A stretch of 64,000 nucleotides of DNA from an uncultured beta proteobacterium (lineage in GTDB: Bacteria > Pseudomonadota > Gammaproteobacteria > Burkholderiales > SG8-39). Positions 1-9,877 of this stretch are shown piece after piece. The stretch is taken from positions 7,064-71,063 of the forward strand of contig CAWJNP010000025.1 in the NCBI GenBank assembly GCA_963844255.1, in the 5' to 3' direction. The position numbers and the translations under genes were made by a program. The number at the start of each line of letters is the position of its first letter. The first letter of the stretch is position 1. The notes under the pieces were generated by a model. The model searched no databases. It was given only the letters and a program-made list of their open reading frames with translations, and had not been told where the DNA came from.

Positions 1-288
1 GAAATGGCGCATTTCGGGGTGGACGAATCGCACCTGCGGGAGACGCGCTGCGACAGCGCGTGGCGCGACCTCCTCTCTTTCCAGGTCGACCGCGCGCGCT
101 CCATGATGGTTTCGGGTGCACCACTGGGGCGCATCCTGCCCGGACGCATGGGGCTGGAGATCCGCATCACGATGCAGGGGGGGCTCGCCATCCTCGACAA
201 GCTCGAGGCGGCGAACTGCGATATGTTCCGCCATCGGCCGGTGCTGAAGTGGCACGATTGGCCTGTCCTGTTGGCGCGTGCCCTATGA
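1..288 (+). CDS. hpnC: Squalene synthase HpnC, C-terminal part (5' end outside window)
   Basis: Phytoene/squalene synthase-type C-terminus (GLEIRITMQGGLAILDKLE...RPVL); TGA stop overlaps the hpnD ATG. Confidence 0.85.
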   Translation, partial: EMAHFGVDESHLRETRCDSAWRDLLSFQVDRARSMMVSGAPLGRILPGRMGLEIRITMQGGLAILDKLEAANCDMFRHRPVLKWHDWPVLLARAL

Positions 289-1118
289 GTCCAGACGAGT
301 ATTGCCGCAAGAAGGCCGCCTCCAGCGGATCCTCGTTCTACTACTCGTTCCTGTTCCTGCCGCCGGCGCGCCGCCGCGCGATCACCGCGCTGTACGCGTT
401 CTGCCGCGAAGTCGACGACGTCGTCGACGAGATCGAGGACCAGCAGCTCGCGCGCACCAAGCTCGCGTGGTGGCGGAACGAGATTGCCAATCTCTACGCC
501 GGCAATCCGCAGCATCCGGTGACGCGCGCACTCGCGCCCTGCCTGGAACCCTACGGCATCACTGCGGTACGGCTCAACGAGATCATCGACGGCATGCAGA
601 TGGACCTCGAGCAGTCGCGCTACCTCGACTTCAAGGGCCTGGAACACTACTGCTACCACGTCGCCGGCGTGGTCGGCCTGCTCGCCGCCGGCATCTTCGG
701 CTACCGCGACCCGCAGACGCTCGAGTACGCGAAGAATCTCGGGCTCGCCTTCCAGCTCACCAACATCATCCGCGATGTCGGCGACGATGCGCGCCGCAAT
801 CGCATCTACCTGCCGATGGACGAACTGAAACGGTTCGAGGTCCCAGCCTCCGACATCCTGAATGCCCGGTACAGCGACAACTTCAACCGACTCATGCAAT
901 TCCAGACCGAGCGCGCGCAGGCGTATTACGCCAAGGCGATGTCCGCCCTGCCGGCGCAGGATCGCCGGGACCAGCGCGCCGGCCTGATCATGGCGGCGAT
1001 CTATCGCACCGTGCTGGAGGAGGTCGAGGCAGACGGTTTCAAGGTGCTCACCCAGCGGACCTCGCTCACGCCGTTGCGAAAACTCTGGATCGCCGTACGC
1101 ACGTGGCTGAAAACCTAG
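285..1118 (+). CDS. hpnD: Presqualene diphosphate synthase HpnD
   Basis: MSPDEYC..SGSSFYYSFLFL, ALYAFCREVDDVVD and FQLTNIIRDVGDDA motifs; ATG at 285 coupled to the hpnC stop. Confidence 0.93.
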   Translation: MSPDEYCRKKAASSGSSFYYSFLFLPPARRRAITALYAFCREVDDVVDEIEDQQLARTKLAWWRNEIANLYAGNPQHPVTRALAPCLEPYGITAVRLNEIIDGMQMDLEQSRYLDFKGLEHYCYHVAGVVGLLAAGIFGYRDPQTLEYAKNLGLAFQLTNIIRDVGDDARRNRIYLPMDELKRFEVPASDILNARYSDNFNRLMQFQTERAQAYYAKAMSALPAQDRRDQRAGLIMAAIYRTVLEEVEADGFKVLTQRTSLTPLRKLWIAVRTWLKT

Positions 1119-2368
1119 CGGGATCGGACACTCGGCGGCGCGTGGCCGTGGTCGGCGCCGGTTACGCCGGCCTGTCGGCTGCCATCACGCTCGCGCAGCG
1201 CGGCGTGCGCACCACCGTGTTCGAATCGGGCCCGCTGCCCGGCGGGCGCGCGCGGCGCGTAACCACCGGCGGACGAACGCTCGACAACGGCCAGCACATC
1301 CTCGTTGGCGCCTACACGGCCCTGCTCGACATGATGCGCACGGTCGGCGCCGACCCGGACGAACTGCTGCTGCGCCTTCCGCTCGAGCTGCGTTACGCAA
1401 AGGATTTCCGGCTGCGCGCACCCGCGCTGCCCGCGCCGCTGCACCTCGCGGCGGCGCTCCTGACAGCGCAGGGGCTGGGCTGGCGCGAACGCCTCGGTGC
1501 GGTCATGTTCATGCAGGCGATGAAGCGCAAACGCTTTCGCGTGGACGATGCGCTGAGCGTGGCCGACCTCCTCCAGTCACACGGACAGGCCGGGACCATC
1601 GGCCGCTTTCTCTGGTTTCCGCTGTGCATCTCGGCGCTCAATACACTGCCGCCGTCTGCCTCGGCCAATGCCTTTCTTGCGGTGCTGCGCGACAGCCTCG
1701 GCGGGCCGCGCGCGGCAAGTGAACTGCTGATTCCGCGCGTCGATCTCACCGCGCTGTTCCCGGAACCGGCAGCAGCCTGGTTGGCGGCGCACGGCAGCGA
1801 AGTCCGCTGCGGGTCGCCGGTGCGCGACCTCGAGTCGCTGCGCAGCGAGTTCAGCCACGTGATCGTCGCGGTCGGCGCGCACCAGCTCGAGCCGCTGCTG
1901 CCGGGACTCGCCGGCGGCTATACCTACCAGCCCATTTACACCGTCTACCTGAAATACCCTGCCCAGGTGGGACTGGAGCTTGCGATGCTTGGTCTTGCCG
2001 ATGGCGTGGTGCAGTGGGTATTCGACCGCGGCACGATCGCGGGAAAACCCGGCGGCGGCGAAGCGGGCCTGCTCGCCTGCGTGATCAGCGCGCAAGGCGA
2101 CCACCAGCAGATGCAGCACGATGAACTCGCCGCCACCTGCCACGCCGAACTGTGCGCCGCGCTTGGCAACCTGCCGCGCCCGGAGTGGACCCAGGTGATC
2201 GCGGAAAAGCGCGCCACGATCACCTGCGCGCCGGGCACGCCGCGGATCGGCCCCGGCACGAAGGTGCCGAACGTGTTCCTGGCCGGCGACTACACCCACC
2301 CCGAGTACCCGCCGACGCTGGAAGCGGCGGTGCTCAGCGGCATCCGGGCGGCCCAGGCCATCGCCTAG
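1103..2368 (+). CDS. hpnE: Hydroxysqualene dehydroxylase HpnE (FAD-dependent)
   Basis: VAVVGAGYAGL FAD motif, LDNGQHILVGAY, LAGDY..YPPTLEAAVLSG; third gene of hpnCDE; GTG start inferred. Confidence 0.9.
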   Translation: MAENLAGSDTRRRVAVVGAGYAGLSAAITLAQRGVRTTVFESGPLPGGRARRVTTGGRTLDNGQHILVGAYTALLDMMRTVGADPDELLLRLPLELRYAKDFRLRAPALPAPLHLAAALLTAQGLGWRERLGAVMFMQAMKRKRFRVDDALSVADLLQSHGQAGTIGRFLWFPLCISALNTLPPSASANAFLAVLRDSLGGPRAASELLIPRVDLTALFPEPAAAWLAAHGSEVRCGSPVRDLESLRSEFSHVIVAVGAHQLEPLLPGLAGGYTYQPIYTVYLKYPAQVGLELAMLGLADGVVQWVFDRGTIAGKPGGGEAGLLACVISAQGDHQQMQHDELAATCHAELCAALGNLPRPEWTQVIAEKRATITCAPGTPRIGPGTKVPNVFLAGDYTHPEYPPTLEAAVLSGIRAAQAIA

Positions 2369-2384
2369 TCGGGGTCCCGGCGAA

Positions 2385-2437
2385 TGTATCGGTTCCGATA
2401 CAGATGTTAACCGGAAACCCGCACCCAGACTGGATTC
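2385..2437. repeat. Divergent copy of the intergenic TGTATCG-N4-CGATACA repeat
   Basis: Palindrome TGTATCGG-TT-CCGATACA at 2385-2402 with perfect 8-bp arms; the downstream CCGGA.a.CCGC.CC resembles the copies at 41467 and 51216. Confidence 0.5.
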
Positions 2438-2464
2438 TTCCGGATGAATCTTTCGAAATCAGGC

Positions 2465-3851
2465 CTACAACTCGCGCAGTTTGGCCACCGCCTGGTCCAC
2501 GCGCTCCACCGCGATCACCTCCAGCCCCGCGATCTTTCCCTTGGGCAGGTTCGCCTTCGGCACGATCGCCCGGGTGAAGCCGAGCTTGGCCGCCTCCTTC
2601 AAACGGTCCTGGCCGCGCGGGGCGGGGCGCACCTCGCCGGCCAGCCCCACTTCGCCGAACGCGATCACCTTGCCCGGAATCGGCCGGTCGGTGAGCGATG
2701 ACACGATCGCAAGCATCACCGCGAGGTCGGCGGCCGGCTCGCCGATGCGCACCCCGCCGACCGCGTTGACGAACACGTCCTGATCGAAGCACGCGATGCC
2801 GGCGTGCCGGTGCAGCACCGCCAGCAGCATGGCGAGCCGGTTCTGCTCCAGTCCCACCGACAGGCGCCGCGGATTGGGCGCGTGCGCGGCATCGACCAGC
2901 GCCTGGATCTCCACGAGCAGCGGTCGCGTGCCCTCCAGCGTGGCGAGCACGCAGGCGCCCGCCACATCCTTTTCATGGTGCGAAAGGAACAGCGCCGAGG
3001 GGTTCGACACCCCGCGCAGGCCCTTCTCGGTCATCGCGAACACGCCGAGTTCGTTGACCGCGCCGAAGCGGTTCTTGATCGCGCGCACGAGACGGAAGCT
3101 CGAGTGCGGATCTCCCTCGAAATACAGCACCGTGTCGACGATATGCTCGAGCACGCGCGGGCCGGCGATTGCGCCTTCCTTGGTCACGTGGCCGATGATG
3201 ATCAGCGCGGTGCCGGTCGATTTGGCATGGCGCGTGAGCTGCGCCGCGCATTCGCGCACCTGGGCCACCGACCCGGGCGCCGAGGTCAGCGCCTCGGAGT
3301 ACAGGGTCTGAATGGAATCGATGACCGCGACCTGGGGTTTTGCGGTGTCGAGCGTCGCGACGATGCGCTCGAGCTGGATCTCGGCGATCAGTTCGACTTC
3401 GTCGGCATCCAGCGCCAGGCGCGCCGCGCGCAGCGCAACCTGCTCGGCCGACTCCTCTCCCGATACATACAAGCGTCTTCTGCCGCGCGGCGATTCCCGC
3501 GAGCGCCTGCAGGAACAGCGTTGACTTGCCGATCCCCGGATCGCCGCCGATCAGCACCACCTGCCCGGACACGAGCCCGCCACCGAGCACGCGGTCGAGT
3601 TCGCTGATGCCGGTGGGCAGACGCTCGATCTCACGGGTCTCGATGCGGTTGAGGCGCACCGGCTTTGCACCCTGCGTACCGCCGCCCGCGGAGGCGTAGC
3701 GGTGCGTGGAGGGCTTTCCCTCAGCGGCCGTTTCGATCAGGGTGTTGCCGGCGCCGCAGGAGGGACAGATGCCGAACCACTGCAACGCGCTGGCACCGCA
3801 CTCCGAGCAGATATAGTGGGTTTTCCGACCCTGCGAACGCGCCTTCGCCAC
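2465..3851 (-). CDS. radA: DNA repair protein RadA/Sms (+1 frameshift near 3472, probably an artefact)
   Basis: Zn finger CSECG..W.G.CPSC and Walker A GGDPGIGKST in one frame; YVSGEES, KNRFG and a Lon-like C-terminus in the next frame. Confidence 0.93.
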
Positions 3852-4963
3852 TAGGGCACTTCCACCACCGGCACACGGGGCGCGAGTCCGCACAGCAGCT
3901 CATACGAGAGCGTCCCCGCCGAGGCGGCCACCTCATCGGCCGACAGGCCGTCGCCCCAGAGCGTCACGGGCGTGCCGATGTAGGCCTCGGGCAGCGCCGT
4001 GACATCCACGCAGATCATGTCCATTGACACGCGTCCCACCGTGCCGGTGCGCTGTCCGCCAACCAGCACCGGGGTGCCCGTCGGCGCCGCGCGGGGATAG
4101 CCGTCGGCGTAGCCGCAGGCGATCACCGCAATCGTCATCTCCTCGGTGGCTTCAAAGGCAAACCCGTAACCGACGCGTTCACCGGGCTGCAGGTTCTGCA
4201 GGGCGATGATTTCGGTCGTCAGGGTCATCGCAGGCTGCAGGCCGAGCCCGTCGGCGGTCTCGGTCGTGGCCGTAAAATCGCCTGAATCAAGTGCGCTCGC
4301 GTCGAACCCGAATGGCGAGCAGCCATACAGCATGATGCCCGGCCGCACCCAGTCGGCGTGGGTCTGCGGATGGCGCAGCACCGCCGCCGAATTGGCGAGG
4401 CACCGCGGCCCCTCCATCGGCTGGGTCATGCTGTTGAACCAATCGAGCTGCGCCTCGACCCCGGTCGGGCCGTCCGCGTCGGCAAAATGCGTCATCAGCG
4501 TGACCGCGTTCACCTGCGGGTGGTTGCACAGCGCGTTCCAGGCGATGCGCACGTTATCGACCGTGAAACCCAGCCGGTTCATGCCGCTGTTGATCTTCAG
4601 ATAGGCCTCGATCGGCTTGTCGAGCGCGGACTTTTCGAGGATCTCGATCTGCTCCATGTTGTGCACGACTGGCGTGAGGTTGTATTCGGCGAGCAGGACC
4701 ACGTCCTGTGGCTTGAAGAACCCCTCGAGCAGCAGGATGGGCTTGGTGACCCCCTGCAGGCGCAGCCGGATCGCCTCCTCGAAATCGAGCATCGCGTAAC
4801 CGTCGGCGTCGGCAAGCGCCCGGGCAGCAATCTGCAGTCCGTGGCCGTAGGCATTGGCCTTCACCACCGCCCAGACTTTCGCGTGCGGCGCGCGGCTGCG
4901 CACCTGCGCCAGGTTGTGGGCAAACGCCGAGGTCCGGATCGTGGCGCGTATCGGGCGCGGCAT
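3851..4963 (-). CDS. alr: Alanine racemase
   Basis: PLP-lysine motif AVVKANAYGHG, WVRPGIMLYG, GYADGYPR, GRVSMDM. Confidence 0.96.
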   Translation of the reverse strand: MPRPIRATIRTSAFAHNLAQVRSRAPHAKVWAVVKANAYGHGLQIAARALADADGYAMLDFEEAIRLRLQGVTKPILLLEGFFKPQDVVLLAEYNLTPVVHNMEQIEILEKSALDKPIEAYLKINSGMNRLGFTVDNVRIAWNALCNHPQVNAVTLMTHFADADGPTGVEAQLDWFNSMTQPMEGPRCLANSAAVLRHPQTHADWVRPGIMLYGCSPFGFDASALDSGDFTATTETADGLGLQPAMTLTTEIIALQNLQPGERVGYGFAFEATEEMTIAVIACGYADGYPRAAPTGTPVLVGGQRTGTVGRVSMDMICVDVTALPEAYIGTPVTLWGDGLSADEVAASAGTLSYELLCGLAPRVPVVEVP

Positions 4964-4965
4964 GC

Positions 4966-5871
4966 CTAGCGCTCCGCGGCCGTTCGCAGCCGCTCCCGTG
5001 CAAATTCGATGAACGTATCGGAAAGCCGCGAACGAAACCGTTCCTTCGGATAAACCACCGACAGCGTACGCATCAGGCGCGGCGCAAGCGGGATTGCGAC
5101 AAGCTGGCCGAGCTTCAGCTCCTTGGAAACCGAGGAGCGCGACATGATCGCGAACCCGAGTCCCGTGCTGACCAGCCCCTTGATCGCCTCCGGACTGCCC
5201 AGCTCCATCACGATGTCGAGGCTGTCCAGCCGGATGCCCGCCTTCTGGAAGTAATGATCGGTCACCTCGCGCGTTCCCGAACCGGATTCGCGGCTGATGA
5301 ATGCATGCGCGAGCAACTGCCCGGGCGTTGCGGTCTTCAGCGTCGCGAGCGGATGGGACGGGGCGCAGAGCACGAGCAGCTCGTCCTCCGCGCAGAAATC
5401 CGAGACCAGTGACGGAAGGTGCGACGGCGCCTCGATGAAGCCGATGTCGAGTGTGTGCTCCGCCACTCGGTTCTCGACCGTTTCCGAATTCGCCACGACC
5501 AGCCGCGGCAGAACCTTGGGATACAGCGAGCGGAACTCGCCCAGAACCCGCGGCAGCAGAAACTCCGCAAACGTCATGCTCGCGCCGATCAACAGCACGC
5601 CTGCGACCTCGCCGGTCAACTCCTTGATGCGTGTATCGAGCTCAGCCGAAAGGCCGAGGATGCGTTCCGCGTAACCAAGCACGATCTCGCCCGCGGGCGT
5701 GAGCGCGATGTGCCCGTGCCCGCGATCGAACAGGCGGGTGTTGAAATGCTCTTCGAGCTGCTTGATCTGGAAGGTGACCGCGGGCTGGGTCATGAAAAGC
5801 GCCTCGGCCGCCTTCGTGAACGAGAGCTGCTGCGCGACTGCGTGGAATACCTGTAGACGCCTGTCCGCCAT
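4966..5871 (-). CDS. LysR-family regulator (CysL/CbbR-like substrate-binding domain)
   Basis: HTH LSFTKAAEALFMTQPAVTFQIKQLE; RESGSGTR motif. Confidence 0.92.
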   Translation of the reverse strand: MADRRLQVFHAVAQQLSFTKAAEALFMTQPAVTFQIKQLEEHFNTRLFDRGHGHIALTPAGEIVLGYAERILGLSAELDTRIKELTGEVAGVLLIGASMTFAEFLLPRVLGEFRSLYPKVLPRLVVANSETVENRVAEHTLDIGFIEAPSHLPSLVSDFCAEDELLVLCAPSHPLATLKTATPGQLLAHAFISRESGSGTREVTDHYFQKAGIRLDSLDIVMELGSPEAIKGLVSTGLGFAIMSRSSVSKELKLGQLVAIPLAPRLMRTLSVVYPKERFRSRLSDTFIEFARERLRTAAER

Positions 5872-6100
5872 TGATGGGACCCGATCTCATTATGGTGCCG
5901 GCGCAGAACTGCCGGTGAATCGTGCAATTCAAGCACAATTCCAAAGTCGAAGCATATCCCAGGCACGAGCGGCCGCCGAAATGATGGGCCACAAATCCCG
6001 GAATCGCAGTCGCGACATGCTATAAAGCCGCCTGCTCGACCAAGGAGAACAACGAGAACGACCGGCAGCGCCCGCGGGCCGCCGGCACCCTGTTGGCAAG

Positions 6101-7378
6101 ATGAGCTTCGGCTTCTACATCATCATGGCGGCGCAGTTCTTTTCGTCGCTCGCGGACAACGCGCTGCTGGTGGCTGCTATCGCGCTGCTGATGCAGTCGC
6201 ATTCGCCCGCCTGGCTCACGCCCTATCTCAAGTTCTTCTTCGTCATCTCCTACGTCATCCTCGCGCCCTACGTGGGCGCGTTCGCCGACCGGCTGCCCAA
6301 GGGCCAGGTGATGCTGGTCAGCAACGGCATCAAGATCATCGGCTGCGCCATGATGCTGTTCAACGTGAACCCGCTGGTGGCCTACGCGATGGTGGGCCTG
6401 GGCGCCGCCGCCTACTCGCCGGCCAAGTACGGCATCCTGACCGAGTACCTGCCGCCGACCCGCCTGGTCATGGCCAACGGCTGGATCGAGGGCCTCACGG
6501 TCACCTCGATCATCCTCGGGACCGTGCTCGGCGGCGTGCTGATCAACGTGCGCGTCTCCGGCCTGCTGCTCAACTTCGACCTGCCACTCATCGAAACCGG
6601 CGTGGACACGCCCGCGGAGGCGGCGATCGCACTGATCGTATTCATCTACGTCCTCGCAGCAATATTCAACTGGTTTGTGCCGAACACCGGGGTCGCACTT
6701 AAAAAGCTGCCGGACAATCCACTCGACACATTGACCGATTTTTTCAAGTGCTTTCGCCGGCTCTGGGCCGATAAACTGGGTCAGATTTCGCTTGCGGTGA
6801 CCACGCTGTTCTGGGGTGCCGGCGCGACCCTGCAGTTCATCGTGATCGAATGGGCGCGCCACAACCTCGGGTTCGATCTATCGCGCGCCTCGATCCTGCA
6901 GGGCGTAGTGGCGATCGGCATCGCATTGGGGGCGGTCATTGCTTCGGCCCACGTCAAGCTGGATCAGGCGGTGCGCGTCATCCCGCTCGGCATCGTGATG
7001 GGCCTGCTGGTGCCGGTCATGGTGTTCGTGCATAACATCTGGGTCGCGATTCCCGTGCTGATCCTGATCGGCGGACTGGCCGGATTCTTCGTCGTGCCAA
7101 TGAACGCGCTGCTGCAGCACCGCGGGCACAACCTGATGGGTGCCGGACGTTCGATCGCGGTGCAGAACTTCAACGAGAATGCCTCGATCCTGGTGATGAT
7201 CGCCCTGTATGCCCTGTTGCTCGGCACCGGGGTTTCGATCACCTGGGTGATTGTCATGTTCGGTGGATTCGTCGCGGGAACCATGGCGCTGGTACAGCGC
7301 TGGTTCGTCCTCAACAAGGTGCGCCACGCGGTCGAGATCGACCGCCTGCTCGCAATCGCGCGCTCCGACAAACACTAG
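6101..7378 (+). CDS. lplT: Lysophospholipid transporter LplT (MFS)
   Basis: AQFFSSLADNALL, AAAYSPAKYGILTE, GAGRSIAVQNFNEN motifs; many TM helices. Confidence 0.9.
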   Translation: MSFGFYIIMAAQFFSSLADNALLVAAIALLMQSHSPAWLTPYLKFFFVISYVILAPYVGAFADRLPKGQVMLVSNGIKIIGCAMMLFNVNPLVAYAMVGLGAAAYSPAKYGILTEYLPPTRLVMANGWIEGLTVTSIILGTVLGGVLINVRVSGLLLNFDLPLIETGVDTPAEAAIALIVFIYVLAAIFNWFVPNTGVALKKLPDNPLDTLTDFFKCFRRLWADKLGQISLAVTTLFWGAGATLQFIVIEWARHNLGFDLSRASILQGVVAIGIALGAVIASAHVKLDQAVRVIPLGIVMGLLVPVMVFVHNIWVAIPVLILIGGLAGFFVVPMNALLQHRGHNLMGAGRSIAVQNFNENASILVMIALYALLLGTGVSITWVIVMFGGFVAGTMALVQRWFVLNKVRHAVEIDRLLAIARSDKH

Positions 7379-7393
7379 CCGGGAGCCGGACAC

Positions 7394-8356
7394 GTGGGGA
7401 CACAACAAGGCGCGGGACAACGTCTGCCGGGCACGCCCGACCCGATGCACATCTGGACGGGCGAAGGCGGCGTGCGCATCGCCGGCGACGCCTGGGGCGA
7501 CCCGGCCGGACCGCTCGTGATCCTGCAGCACGGCGGCGGACAGACCCGTCATGCATGGAAGGGCGCCGGCCAGAAACTCGGCGCAGCCGGCTACTACGCC
7601 GTCGCCTTCGATGCGCGCGGCCATGGCGATTCGGACTGGTCGCCTGACGGCGACTACGGCCAGGACCTCATGGTGAAAGACCTCCAGCATGTGATTGCCG
7701 GCCTTGGCCGCGAACGCGTCGTGCTGGTCGGGGCCTCGATGGGCGGCGGCACCAGCCTGGTCGCGGTCGGCGAAGAGCAGGTCGACGCGATGGCACTTGT
7801 CATGGTCGACATCGCGCACCGCATCGAACCGGCCGGCGTGGACCGGATCCAGGCCTTCATGCACCAGCGGCCCGACGGCTTCGATTCGCTCGAACAGGTC
7901 GCTGCCGCCATCGCTGCCTACCAGCCCCAGCGCACGGCGCCCACGTCTCTGGCGGGCCTTGCAAAGAACGTGCGCCTCGGGGCGAACGGCAAGTACCACT
8001 GGCACTGGGACCCGCGCTTCCGTCCGCGGCGGCACGACATGGAAAAGCGCCGGGCACGGCTCGAGGCCTGCGTGCGCAGCCTGCGCCTGCCCACCCTGCT
8101 CGTACGCGGCGGGCTGTCTGACGTACTCAGCGAAGAAGGCGCCGCCGAATTCTGCGCGCTCTGCCCGCACGCCGAATACGTCAACGTCACCAGCGCCGGT
8201 CACATGGTCGCCGGAGATCGTAACGACATCTTCGGCAACGCGGTGATCGGGTTCCTGAAGCGCGTCGTCCCGCCCGGCGGCGAGCCGGTGCAGCCGCCAC
8301 ACAAGTTGCATCCGCACCATGAGGGGCCGCCGGGGGATTTGACGGACGTGCCTTGA
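7394..8356 (+). CDS. Alpha/beta hydrolase
   Basis: HGGGQTRHAW, GASMGG nucleophile elbow, AGHMVAGDRND. Confidence 0.88.
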   Translation: MGTQQGAGQRLPGTPDPMHIWTGEGGVRIAGDAWGDPAGPLVILQHGGGQTRHAWKGAGQKLGAAGYYAVAFDARGHGDSDWSPDGDYGQDLMVKDLQHVIAGLGRERVVLVGASMGGGTSLVAVGEEQVDAMALVMVDIAHRIEPAGVDRIQAFMHQRPDGFDSLEQVAAAIAAYQPQRTAPTSLAGLAKNVRLGANGKYHWHWDPRFRPRRHDMEKRRARLEACVRSLRLPTLLVRGGLSDVLSEEGAAEFCALCPHAEYVNVTSAGHMVAGDRNDIFGNAVIGFLKRVVPPGGEPVQPPHKLHPHHEGPPGDLTDVP

Positions 8357-8426
8357 GGCGTAGTTCAGTCTGCTCGAATTCGAGTAGTGCCCGAGGCGAC
8401 CTCGCCGCCGGATTGCCTTTCTCAGG

Positions 8427-8485
8427 TCTCCTGAATTTGTGAGGGTTGCGCAAGATTCACGCGCAACCCTCACAAATTCAGGAGA
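8427..8485. repeat. Perfect 25-bp inverted repeat with a 9-nt loop between convergent genes
   Basis: TCTCCTGAATTTGTGAGGGTTGCGC-aagattcac-GCGCAACCCTCACAAATTCAGGAGA. Confidence 0.9.
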
Positions 8486-8516
8486 TTCATTTAAAAGCCT
8501 TCGGCACCGCGCCTGC

Positions 8517-9005
8517 TCAGAGAATCACCACCTGATCCGGCAACTCGTTCGGGTTCGCATCCCCCGGCGGAAAATGTTCCGCGAGCAGGTCACTGATAGC
8601 TTCGATGCCAAGGATCGCCCCGGCCTCGAAGCGTCCGTCCGCAAATGCACGCTGCATCTCCCCGCAGATCGCGTCCCACGCTGCGGCGCCGACCTTCGCG
8701 TGAACACCCCGGTCGGCAACAATCTCCACGCGCCTGTCGGCCAGCAGCAGATAGATCAATATGCCTGCATTGTCCTCGGTGTCCCAGATGCGCAGGCGAC
8801 TGAACACCTCGATGGCACGGTCCCTTGCACTGTGGCCGGCGAGCAACACATGGACCGGCAGCCCGCCCTCGACCACGAAGCGCAGCTCACCGCGGTGGCG
8901 CAACTCCTGCGTGGCGACCGCGCGTCCGATGGACTCGAGCGCGGTGCGTGGAAACGCGCGTCGCACGCTGAAGTCGTCAAGGAACAGATGCTTTATCCAG
9001 CGCAT
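8517..9005 (-). CDS. TPM-domain protein (LemA operon)
   Basis: HRGELRFVVEG, LRIWDTEDNAGILIYLLLADRRVEIVADRG, NPNELPD. Confidence 0.88.
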   Translation of the reverse strand: MRWIKHLFLDDFSVRRAFPRTALESIGRAVATQELRHRGELRFVVEGGLPVHVLLAGHSARDRAIEVFSRLRIWDTEDNAGILIYLLLADRRVEIVADRGVHAKVGAAAWDAICGEMQRAFADGRFEAGAILGIEAISDLLAEHFPPGDANPNELPDQVVIL

Positions 9006-9012
9006 GATCCGC

Positions 9013-9861
9013 TCACCAACTCCCCGAGGAGCCGCCTCCGCCAAAGCTTCCCCCGCCACCGCTGAAGCCCCCACCGCCGCTGTCTCCGCTGCTGAAACCG
9101 CCACCGCCCGAAGAGACTCCCCCAAAACCTGAACTCACGCCAGAATTCATCAGCGTCAACAGAAACGCGACGACGGCCGCCACCAGCGCAATACCCAGCC
9201 CGAACAGAAACCACGCAACGACACCGCCGACCGCACCCGTCGCCACCGCGCCGGGAAACCGCCCGAGCATCGCACGCAACACCCCTCCCGCAACGACGAC
9301 GAAAAAGAACGCGGGAATCAGCCAATCGACAAAATCTCCGAACCCGGAAGCAGTTTCGGACGCAGCCGATGGTGGCGGCAGCTTCTCCCCGTCGATCAGC
9401 CTGATCAGCTGGTCAACGCCCGCGGAAACGCCCCCGTAAAAGTCCCCCGCCTTGAAGCGCGGCGTGATGGTCTCGCTGATGATCCGTTTGGCGACCGCGT
9501 CGGGAATCGCGCCCTCGAGCCCGTAGCCGACTTCGATCCGCAGCCGCCGGTCGTTCTTGGCCACCACCAGGATCACACCATCGTCGGTGCCCTTGCGCCC
9601 GATCTTCCAGGCCTCCGCAACACGAATCGAATACTGCTCGATTTCCTCGGGCTGGGTGGAGGGCAGCATCAGGACTGCGATCTGGCTGCCTTTCTTCGCT
9701 TCGAACGCCGCGAGTTTCTGCTCCAGGGATGCTGCCTGATCCTGCGTCAGCGTGCCGGTCAGGTCGGTGACCCGGCTCGCGAGCGCCGGAACCGCAACTT
9801 CGGCGTGCGCGCAGAACGCAAGACCTGCGACGACCAGTGCCGCAAGCCAGCGTCTGAGCAT
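9013..9861 (-). CDS. TPM-domain (YgcG-like) membrane protein with Gly-rich tail
   Basis: Signal peptide; RVTDLTGTL, RIEVGYGLEG; C-terminal GGGGSFGGGGSSGSW. Confidence 0.9.
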   Translation of the reverse strand: MLRRWLAALVVAGLAFCAHAEVAVPALASRVTDLTGTLTQDQAASLEQKLAAFEAKKGSQIAVLMLPSTQPEEIEQYSIRVAEAWKIGRKGTDDGVILVVAKNDRRLRIEVGYGLEGAIPDAVAKRIISETITPRFKAGDFYGGVSAGVDQLIRLIDGEKLPPPSAASETASGFGDFVDWLIPAFFFVVVAGGVLRAMLGRFPGAVATGAVGGVVAWFLFGLGIALVAAVVAFLLTLMNSGVSSGFGGVSSGGGGFSSGDSGGGGFSGGGGSFGGGGSSGSW

Positions 9862-9877
9862 CGCGGCTCCCGCGCCC

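Noticed and set aside
278-1102. Long N-terminal extension of HpnE in the ORF track
   Set aside because: Overlaps hpnD out of frame; HpnE homology starts at about 1103
9013-9140. Gly/Ser low-complexity repeat
   Set aside because: Normal C-terminal tail of YgcG/TPM proteins
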